Below, piece by piece: positions 32,589 through 39,158 of a stretch of 64,000 nt of DNA; position 1 is the stretch's first letter, and each line of letters begins with the position of its first letter. Made by a program: the position numbers and the translations under genes. Source of the stretch: an uncultured Thermotogae bacterium (GTDB lineage Bacteria > Bipolaricaulota > Bipolaricaulia > UBA7950 > UBA9294); the NCBI GenBank assembly GCA_964523545.1, contig CAZFZM010000010.1:1350-65349 (forward strand), written 5' to 3'. Below the pieces are notes generated by a model. The model saw only the letters and a program-made list of their open reading frames with translations. It searched no databases and was not told where the DNA came from.

Positions 32589-33302
32589 CTAACGGGACAA
32601 GGTGGAAACCGGGACACCGAGTCGCGTCTCCGCGACGATCCGCCCCGCCGCGACGGTGACGGCTCGATCCGACGCGTCGAGCAACGGTCCCGTTTCGTGG
32701 CTGACGACGACGGACGTCGCTCCGAGCTCGCGCCGAACCGACGCGACCAAGGCGGCCACGTCATCCTTCGCCTCGGGGTCGAGGTTCGCCGTCGGTTCGT
32801 CGAGCAGTAGGAGCTTCGCCTCTTGTGCCAAGGCACGGGCCAACAGCGCCTTCCGCTGCTGACCGCCCGAAAGACGTCCCACGGGCCTTCCCTTCAGGTC
32901 CGCAATCCCGACGGCCACGAGCGCGTCCTCGACGCGCCGGCTCTCCGACGCCGCGAAGTGGCTCCACACACTCGTCCTTCCGAACCGCGCCGTGAAGACG
33001 ACGTCCCGTACGAGGAACGGCGTATCCGCGGGAAAAAAGAGGTTCTGGGGGACGTACGCGATCCGCGAGCGGAGCCCGTGGCTTGCGGGCGTCACCTTGT
33101 CGCCCAGGACGCGAACCGTCCCGGACGCAACCGGCAGCAAACCGTTGATCACCTCGAGGATCGTCGTCTTCCCCGCCCCGTTCGGGCCGGTGATCGCGAG
33201 CTGTTCCCGTGGGGCCACCGAAAGGGTGACTCCGGCGAGCGCCGCGTGCCGCTCCCCTTCGTACGACGCCCGAACGTCGATCAGCGAGACGACGTCGTCC
33301 AT
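32589..33302 (-). CDS. Metal ABC transporter ATP-binding protein
   Basis: Track ORF trimmed to ATG 33302 (GGAGGA RBS). ITGPNGAGKTT, LSGGQQRKALLARAL, LLLLDEPTANLD. Confidence 0.85.
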   Translation of the reverse strand: MDDVVSLIDVRASYEGERHAALAGVTLSVAPREQLAITGPNGAGKTTILEVINGLLPVASGTVRVLGDKVTPASHGLRSRIAYVPQNLFFPADTPFLVRDVVFTARFGRTSVWSHFAASESRRVEDALVAVGIADLKGRPVGRLSGGQQRKALLARALAQEAKLLLLDEPTANLDPEAKDDVAALVASVRRELGATSVVVSHETGPLLDASDRAVTVAAGRIVAETRLGVPVSTLSR

Positions 33303-33718
33303 TCGAACAGTTCCTCCTCTGGGATCGTCTCGATCTCCCGCGCCCTGACGATCGGGTTCGGGCCGCGGAAGGAGTTCGCGATTTCTGGTCGAAGCTCGAT
33401 CGTGATCCAGCGCCCGTCCTCGCTCGTGAAGCGGACGCGCGGCTTCTCCTCCCCGACGACTCGCAGGTTCCCCTTCCCGGCGGTGCAACCCGAGCCGATC
33501 TGCACGCCGTCGTTGAGGCACGAAAGCGGCGGTGTCCGACCGGCCTCCGACTCGGCCCGAAGTCCGAAATAGCCCGGGTTGTTCAGCAGACGAAGGGCGA
33601 GGAGCCCCATTCGGATTCCGGCCACGAGGTACGGACCGAGATGGCCGTGCAGCAGCGTCCCGCGTTTGACCATCGCCCGAAGGTCGGCGTTGTTCGGATC
33701 GATCGTCAGCGTTTCCAC
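33281..33718 (-). CDS. FmdE-domain protein embedded in the metal-ABC operon
   Basis: Track ORF trimmed to GTG 33718 (GGAGG overlapping the upstream TAG). LLHGHLGPYLVAGIRMG and SCLNDGVQIGSGCTAGKGNL match my memory of the FmdE-domain signature. The 3' end overlaps the ATPase start by 22 nt. Confidence 0.6.
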   Translation of the reverse strand: METLTIDPNNADLRAMVKRGTLLHGHLGPYLVAGIRMGLLALRLLNNPGYFGLRAESEAGRTPPLSCLNDGVQIGSGCTAGKGNLRVVGEEKPRVRFTSEDGRWITIELRPEIANSFRGPNPIVRAREIETIPEEELFEWTTSSR

Positions 33719-33726
33719 TCGACCTC

Positions 33727-34530
33727 CTACTCGATCGGCTCGATCGCCGAGAAGAGCGCCTCGGCGTTTCGGGCAAGCAGATCGGGGACCGTCGAGGTGA
33801 ACGGCATCGCTCCGGGGAAGTTCGACAGAACGACGTGAACCGCTCCGATCTCGCGCGCCAGCTTCGCCCCGAAGTCGACGCCGCTTTGAAGGTTGTCGAT
33901 CACGAGCTGCGCGCCGGCCGTTCTGCCTGCGTCCGCCAGCACCACGAGGTCCTGCAAAGAAAGTCCCTCCGGGATCCCGTAGCTGACCGCCACGTCGAAG
34001 CCGAGCCAGGAGACGAAGCTCGCCTGCCATTCCATGCAGACCACGGCGACTCCGGAGACGCCGGCGGCCTCGGCCCTCTCCCTCAGCTCGACTCCAAGCG
34101 ACCGGAGCTGCTCGATGTAGGCGGACGCGTTGGCCGCGAAGTCGGCCGCCGCGTCCGGGAAGCGCTCCGCGAGGAGGTCCCGAATCGCCTCCACCTTCTC
34201 CACAGCAGCCTCCGGTGTGTTCCACAAACCCGGGAGCTGAACCGCCGCGTCGGCGCTCCCGGTTGCATCGGCCAACGTTTCGATCCACGGCTCGAAGCCC
34301 GAGTACAGGATCACCGAGGCGCCCAACACGGCCCTCAGATCGCTCGGGCGCAAGTCGTAGTGCGAGGGGCAGAAGCCGGACGGAATGATCGTCACCACCT
34401 CGATCGCATCTCCCCCGACGATCTGCGCAAACTCGCCGAGCACGGCGTGCGTCGACACGACCGTCGCGGCTCCGACCGCCGCACCGAGCAGCAGGACTCC
34501 GATCCCGACAAGCAGTGCGATACGCTTCAT
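33727..34530 (-). CDS. Metal ABC substrate-binding protein (TroA/ZnuA cluster-9 type) with a Cys next to the second metal-ligand His
   Basis: Signal/anchor MKRIALLVGIGVLLLGAAVGAA. STHAVLGEFAQIVGG. IPSGFCPSHYDLRPSD, where relatives usually have D-P-H. Confidence 0.75.
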   Translation of the reverse strand: MKRIALLVGIGVLLLGAAVGAATVVSTHAVLGEFAQIVGGDAIEVVTIIPSGFCPSHYDLRPSDLRAVLGASVILYSGFEPWIETLADATGSADAAVQLPGLWNTPEAAVEKVEAIRDLLAERFPDAAADFAANASAYIEQLRSLGVELRERAEAAGVSGVAVVCMEWQASFVSWLGFDVAVSYGIPEGLSLQDLVVLADAGRTAGAQLVIDNLQSGVDFGAKLAREIGAVHVVLSNFPGAMPFTSTVPDLLARNAEALFSAIEPIE

Positions 34531-34553
34531 GCTTCTCCTCCCCTTTCTGCTCT

Positions 34554-34970
34554 TTACCGGATCTTTTTTCCCGTCGACGTCCCGGTCAGCTCTCCGTGCT
34601 TGACCCCCTTGAGACCGATCAGCCGATGGGCGAGCCGCTCGATCGCTCTCGCCTCACCGCGCACCGCGAGGAATTCGAGGCAGTTTTCATCGTCGATGTG
34701 GACGTGCGTCGTGGAGATGACGGCGTCGAGCGCGTGATGCTGGATCGCGGTCAGCTTCTCCGCCAATCCGGACTTGTGGTGGTCGTACAGAAGCGTGATC
34801 ACACCGACGACTTCCTCGCCGGCGTCCCACTCGTGCTCGACCAGCTGACGTCGGATCGCGTCGCGGATCGCTTCGGACCGGTTGGTCCAGCCCCGTCGCC
34901 TACAGAGCGCATCGAACGCTTCGATGAGATCGTCTTCGATCGACACGCTGAAGCGGATCGTCTTGGCCAT
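34554..34970 (-). CDS. nikR: Nickel-responsive regulator NikR
   Basis: Track ORF trimmed to ATG 34970 (AAGGAG RBS). RHH domain RFSVSIEDDLIEAFDALCRRRGWTNRSEAIRDAIR. Nickel-site pattern QHH...THVHIDDENCLE (H-x-H-x5-C as in E. coli NikR). Confidence 0.85.
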   Translation of the reverse strand: MAKTIRFSVSIEDDLIEAFDALCRRRGWTNRSEAIRDAIRRQLVEHEWDAGEEVVGVITLLYDHHKSGLAEKLTAIQHHALDAVISTTHVHIDDENCLEFLAVRGEARAIERLAHRLIGLKGVKHGELTGTSTGKKIR

Positions 34971-35121
34971 CGGGTAATACTCCTTGCGATTTCGTAACAC
35001 CGGAAGAATACACTCCTACGCTTCCGAACGCAAGGGCGCGGTCGCCGGAACGAGAGGAAAACGGCTGAGGACTCAAAGCGCACCGACTCTCCTCCGTTGT
35101 GTCCGGTGATGCATCGAAGGT

Positions 35122-35158
35122 GAGGGCCCGGGTCGCAAGGTGCGGGTCCCGGGCCCTC
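35122..35158. repeat. Perfect 11-bp GC-rich inverted repeat, GAGGGCCCGGG-N15-CCCGGGCCCTC
   Basis: Read directly from the sequence. It lies in the divergent intergenic region between nikR and the aromatic-leader promoter. No U tract on either strand. Confidence 0.5.
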
Positions 35159-35235
35159 GTGACTCCTCAGCGTGGTAATACCGTAGCAAAGCGAGGTGGA
35201 GACGCAGTGAACCGACGATGACGCGCTTGTGGGGG

Positions 35236-35264
35236 TTGACAAGCCTCGGGTGCCGTTCTATAGT
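35236..35264 (+). promoter_or_regulatory. Near-consensus sigma70-type promoter
   Basis: TTGACA(35236-41)-17 nt-TATAGT(35259-64). Confidence 0.6.
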
Positions 35265-35273
35265 GGCCGCGTC

Positions 35274-35372
35274 ATGATAGAAGCAGCTAGTTGCCGAACC
35301 TGTCTGTTAAGATCGAACGGCGCCTGCTTCTATTACTTTTGGTACGAGCCCGGCTTCTCCGCTGCGCGCTAG
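35274..35372 (+). CDS. Candidate leader peptide (32 aa) with six consecutive aromatic codons
   Basis: The ATG lies 10 nt after the -10 box, so the mRNA is leaderless or near-leaderless. MIEAASCRTCLLRSNGACFYYFWYEPGFSAAR*. TTC TAT TAC TTT TGG TAC at 35328-35345. Below the track cut-off and in a different frame from track ORF 35291..35482. Confidence 0.5.
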   Translation: MIEAASCRTCLLRSNGACFYYFWYEPGFSAAR

Positions 35373-35410
35373 GCACGACTAGCGATCGAACAAGCAGCGA
35401 GAGGCCGGGA

Positions 35411-35444
35411 AGACGACTGCGGGAAACCGCGGTCGTTTTCTTTT
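35411..35444 (+). terminator. Intrinsic terminator inside the 5' leader (attenuator)
   Basis: ACGACTGCGG-GAAA-CCGCGGTCGT (35413-22/35427-36, one G-U pair) followed by TTTTCTTTT. It lies 165 nt upstream of the SBP start codon. Confidence 0.7.
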
Positions 35445-35608
35445 GCGGGGAGGTGACAGGAAGCGGTGCAAGAGTCGGGTAAGAGGCCCGCCCGCGAGCG
35501 CACGTCGACGGCGAGCTTCTCGCGAGCGGGCACGATCGGACGATCGGGGTCGATCGTCCAAGTTCGGTCCAAGCGGACCACCGCAAGGATAACGCGGAAG
35601 GAGAAAAA

Positions 35609-36610
35609 GTGAAACGGTTCATTGCGGTTACATTGCTAGCATTGGTTGTCGTCGGCATCGGCTTTGCGGCGGCTTCGGAGCCGCTCAAGATAGGGATCAC
35701 GAAGATCGTTGAGCATCCGGCACTCGACGCGGTCGAACAAGGGGTCATCGATACCCTGACTGCCGCCGGATACGAGGAGGGCGTCGACGTCGAGTACCTG
35801 ATCGCCAGCGCACAGGGTGACTTCGGTACGGCGATCTCGATCGCTCAGAACTTCCTGGCACAGAACGTCGACCTCGTCGTCGCCATTGCGACGCCTACGG
35901 CACAGGCGGCGGTCGAGGTCTTCCGTGGAACCGACACACCGATCATCTACGGCGCCGTGACGGATCCGGTCGGGGCCGAGCTTGTACCGAGCGCCACCGA
36001 CCCGAGCGGGAACGAAAACGTGACCGGGGTCTCGGACATGATCCCCGTCGCGGCGCACCTCCGGCTCTTGAAGGAGCTGTCGCCGGAGATCATCACGATC
36101 GGAATCGTCTTCAACCCGGGCGAAGCGAACTCGGCCATCCTGACGGACATGGCCCTCGCCGCCGCACCGAGCGTCGGCGTCGCCATCGTCACGGCAACGG
36201 CCGACTCGACGGCGAACGTGCCGCTCGCCGCCCAATCGTTGATCGGGCGGGTCGACGCGTTCTACGTGACCACGGACAACACGGTCGTTTCGGCGATCGA
36301 TTCCGTCCTCGCGGCGTCCGAGGAGGCGGGCGTTCCGTTCCTGATGGCAGACCCGACGAGCCTCGCGCAGGCGACGCTCGCGGCCGGATTCGACTACTAC
36401 GAGCACGGCTTGACCGTCGGACAGGTCGTCCTCGACGTCCTCTCCGGGGTGGGCACGGACGAGATCCCGGTCATGTTCCAGGCAACCGCCGAGGTCCACC
36501 TGAACCTCGACGCCGCCGCGCGGATCGGGTTCACCTTCCCGACGGCCGTGATCGAGCAGGCGTCGGCTATTCTGTACGGCGGAATCGTCTGGGAGCGGCA
36601 GGCGCCCTAG
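35609..36610 (+). CDS. ABC substrate-binding protein of the ABC_sub_bind family (database label: putative tryptophan/tyrosine transport system)
   Basis: GTG start with GGAAGGAG RBS. Signal peptide MKRFIAVTLLALVVVGIGFAAA. KIGITKIVEHPALDAV is typical of this family (memory-based). Confidence 0.75.
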   Translation: MKRFIAVTLLALVVVGIGFAAASEPLKIGITKIVEHPALDAVEQGVIDTLTAAGYEEGVDVEYLIASAQGDFGTAISIAQNFLAQNVDLVVAIATPTAQAAVEVFRGTDTPIIYGAVTDPVGAELVPSATDPSGNENVTGVSDMIPVAAHLRLLKELSPEIITIGIVFNPGEANSAILTDMALAAAPSVGVAIVTATADSTANVPLAAQSLIGRVDAFYVTTDNTVVSAIDSVLAASEEAGVPFLMADPTSLAQATLAAGFDYYEHGLTVGQVVLDVLSGVGTDEIPVMFQATAEVHLNLDAAARIGFTFPTAVIEQASAILYGGIVWERQAP

Positions 36611-36638
36611 GCCCGAGGCAACCGACGGAGGAGCCACG

Positions 36639-37538
36639 ATGGCTGCCCTATGGATTCACGCGCTCGAACAGGGACTCGCGTACGGCATCGCCGCGCTCGG
36701 GGTCTTCCTGACGTATCGCGTCCTGAAGTTCCCGGACCTGACGGTCGACGGGAGCTTCGTGACCGGGGCGGCCATCGCTTCCGTCCTCCTCGTCCAGTAC
36801 GGAGTCGATCCGTTCACAGTCCTCTTGGTAGCGTTCGTCGCCGGAGGGATCGCCGGCCTGATCACCGGGCTTCTGAACACGCGGCTCGGGATCACGAACC
36901 TCCTCGCCGGTGTGCTGACGATGATCATGCTCTACTCGATCAACCTGAGGATCATGGGCCGGCCGAACCTGTCGCTCCTCCGCGTCTCGACGGCGACGCG
37001 GGTGGTCGACGCCGCTTGGTCGCCGCTCGGGTCGTTCTCCGTCCTCGCGTTCATCGGGATCCTCACGATCGCGATCAAACTCCTCCTCGACGCGTTCCTC
37101 CGGACGGAGATCGGATTCGCCCTCCGGGCGACCGGCGACAGCGAGCGGATGATCACCGCGCAGGGGGTCAACACCAAGACGATGAAGATCCTCGGACTGG
37201 CCCTCTCCAACGGGCTGGTCGCCCTCTCCGGTGCGCTGGTCGCGCAGTACTCCGGATTCGCCGACGTGGGAATGGGGCTCGGCACGATCGTCACCGGGCT
37301 GGCCGCCGTGATCATCGGCGGGACGCTGATCCGGTCGAGCCGCGTCGGATGGATGACGGCGAGCGTCCTTCTCGGTTCCCTCGTCTACCGGGTCGCGGTC
37401 ATCCTGGCGCTCCGCTACGGATACGTGATCGGATTCCAGGCGAGCGATCTGAAGCTGATCACCTCGCTGCTCGTGATCCTCGCGCTCGTCGTCCCGTACC
37501 TCCGGGAGCGCCGGATGAGGAAGGTCAGCGCATGCTGA
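36639..37538 (+). CDS. ABC permease partner of the preceding SBP
   Basis: MAALWIHALEQGLAYGIAALGVFLTYRVLKFPDLTVDGSFVTG. Multi-TM. The stop overlaps the ATPase start. Confidence 0.8.
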   Translation: MAALWIHALEQGLAYGIAALGVFLTYRVLKFPDLTVDGSFVTGAAIASVLLVQYGVDPFTVLLVAFVAGGIAGLITGLLNTRLGITNLLAGVLTMIMLYSINLRIMGRPNLSLLRVSTATRVVDAAWSPLGSFSVLAFIGILTIAIKLLLDAFLRTEIGFALRATGDSERMITAQGVNTKTMKILGLALSNGLVALSGALVAQYSGFADVGMGLGTIVTGLAAVIIGGTLIRSSRVGWMTASVLLGSLVYRVAVILALRYGYVIGFQASDLKLITSLLVILALVVPYLRERRMRKVSAC

Positions 37539-38320
37539 GACTCGAGCGCGTCTCGAAGAGCTTCCACACCGGCGCCGACCGAGTCGTCGCGATCCGGGAG
37601 ACCGACCTGTCCCTCGACGAGGGAGACTTCCTGACGATCATCGGCTCGAACGGTGCCGGGAAGAGCACGTTGCTCAACCTGATCGCCGGGACGTACCCAC
37701 CGACCTCCGGGCTGATCCTGCTGAAGGGCGTCAACCTGACCGGCGTCCCCGCGCATCGACGGGCCCGGCGGATCGGTCGGATCGTCCAGGATCCCCTGGC
37801 CGGGACGGCGCCGTCGATGACGGTGGCCGAGAACCTCGCGCTGGCGATGAAGCGCGGACGGCGCGGTCTTCGCTCGGCGCTTCCGCGACGGCTACGCCGG
37901 AGGTTTCGCGAGCAGCTCGCAGCGCTGAACGTCGGCCTGGAGGATCGCCTCCGATGCCGCGTCGATCTCCTCTCCGGCGGGGAGCGCCAAGCGCTGGCGG
38001 TGCTGATGGTGACCCTCGTCCCGCCCGAGATCCTCCTCCTCGACGAGCACACCGCGGCGCTGGATCCGAGCAACGCCGCGATGATCGTTCGCCTGACCCG
38101 ATCGTTCGTCGAGCGGCTCGGCCTGACGACGCTGATGGTCACCCACAACATGGAACAGGCGATCGAGGTCGGAACGCGGCTGATCATGATGCACAAAGGC
38201 GAGATCATCGAAGAGCTGCGCGGCGAGGAGAAGGCCCGGGCGACCGTCCCCCAGCTCGTCAACCTCTTCTCGCGCCACCACGTCGTCGACGACGAGCTCC
38301 TGCTCGAGCGGGTGGTGTGA
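37532..38320 (+). CDS. ABC ATP-binding protein of the same importer
   Basis: In-frame tail of track ORF 36650..38320 from ATG 37532. IIGSNGAGKSTLLNLIAG, LSGGERQALAV, LLLDEHTAALD. Confidence 0.85.
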   Translation: MLRLERVSKSFHTGADRVVAIRETDLSLDEGDFLTIIGSNGAGKSTLLNLIAGTYPPTSGLILLKGVNLTGVPAHRRARRIGRIVQDPLAGTAPSMTVAENLALAMKRGRRGLRSALPRRLRRRFREQLAALNVGLEDRLRCRVDLLSGGERQALAVLMVTLVPPEILLLDEHTAALDPSNAAMIVRLTRSFVERLGLTTLMVTHNMEQAIEVGTRLIMMHKGEIIEELRGEEKARATVPQLVNLFSRHHVVDDELLLERVV

Positions 38321-38432
38321 CCCGCCAGCGCGCCACCAGCAGCACGACCATCTCCGTCCAGGCAGCGTCTGTCCACGTTCGTCCAAGCTTCCCTTCCGTA
38401 ATCTCGTAGGCGAGTTCGGTACCGAATTGGAG

Positions 38433-38462
38433 TTGAGACGCCGGTCGTGGACAACCTATACT
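38433..38462 (+). promoter_or_regulatory. Promoter giving a near-leaderless response-regulator mRNA
   Basis: TTGAGA(38433-38)-18 nt-TATACT(38457-62). The ATG at 38475 has no SD. Confidence 0.4.
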
Positions 38463-38474
38463 GCCCCAAAGGCC

Positions 38475-39158
38475 ATGGCAACGAAGATCTTGGTGGTCGA
38501 CGACGAACCCTGGGTCGTTCAGGCGATACGGAGCTACCTCGAGGAAGCCCACTTCGAGGTGGTCAGTGCGTACGACGGCGCGGAGGCGCTTGCGCAGTTC
38601 AGCCAACACCAGCCGGATCTGGTCATCCTCGACTGGATGCTCCCCGAGATGGACGGCCTCTCCGTAACGCACCGAATTCGAGAGATCTCGAGCGTCCCGA
38701 TCATCATGCTGACCGCGAAGGTCGACGAGGAGGACCGGATCGAGGGTCTGGAGACCGGCGCCGACGACTACGTCATCAAGCCATTTTCCGCTAGGGAGCT
38801 GGAGGCCCGCGTCCGCGCCGTCCTCCGCCGCTCGACGGGGAAGACGCCGCCCGTTCTGGAGGTCGGAGACCTCCGACTGGATCAGTCACAGCGACGGCTG
38901 TGGGTCTTCGGGGACCCGGTCGAGCTGACGGCGATGGAGTTCGACCTTCTCGCGTTTCTGATGACGTACCCCGGCCGCGTGTTCACCCGGCTCGAACTCC
39001 TCGAGGCGGTCCGTGGCGAGACCTACGAGAGCTTCGAGCGATCGGTCGACTCGCACATCAAGCGGCTCCGTCAGAAGATCGAACCGGATCCGCGGAACCC
39101 TCGCTTCGTTCTGACGGTCTTCGGCATCGGCTACAAGCTGGCGAGGGAGGAGGGCTGA
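38475..39158 (+). CDS. OmpR-family response regulator
   Basis: KILVVDDEPW, DLVILDWMLPEMDG. C-terminal wHTH (LTAMEFDLLAFLM, GIGYKL). Confidence 0.85.
   Translation: MATKILVVDDEPWVVQAIRSYLEEAHFEVVSAYDGAEALAQFSQHQPDLVILDWMLPEMDGLSVTHRIREISSVPIIMLTAKVDEEDRIEGLETGADDYVIKPFSARELEARVRAVLRRSTGKTPPVLEVGDLRLDQSQRRLWVFGDPVELTAMEFDLLAFLMTYPGRVFTRLELLEAVRGETYESFERSVDSHIKRLRQKIEPDPRNPRFVLTVFGIGYKLAREEG

Noticed and set aside
34974-35014. Heptamers GTAATAC (34974-80), GTAACAC (34994-35000) and GAATACAC near the nikR start. GTAACAC matches a half-site I recall for some NikR operators (GTGTTAC-N13/14-GTAACAC).
   Set aside because: The copies are direct rather than inverted repeats, and they overlap the nikR RBS/5' UTR. 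No proper palindrome is present, so I do not call a NikR box.
35270-35444. T-box riboswitch as an alternative explanation of the leader (UUUUGGUACGAG resembles part of the T-box UGGUACC core; homologous transporters are T-box regulated in Firmicutes)
   Set aside because: The UGGUAC is simply the Trp-Tyr codons of the short ORF. It lies ~70 nt upstream of the terminator rather than in an antiterminator bulge abutting it. I could not find a Stem-I specifier loop, K-turn or AG-bulge architecture. This still needs an Rfam scan to be formally excluded.
35466-35612. 48-codon GTG ORF (MQESGKRPARERTSTASFSRAGTIGRSGSIVQVRSKRTTARITRKEKK) ending in a GTGA overlap with the SBP start
   Set aside because: The nearest SD (GGAGGTGA) is ~13 nt away. 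The composition is Arg/Ser/Thr-rich, as in off-frame GC-rich sequence, and the ORF is covered by three very stable RNA hairpins. More likely it is untranslated leader.
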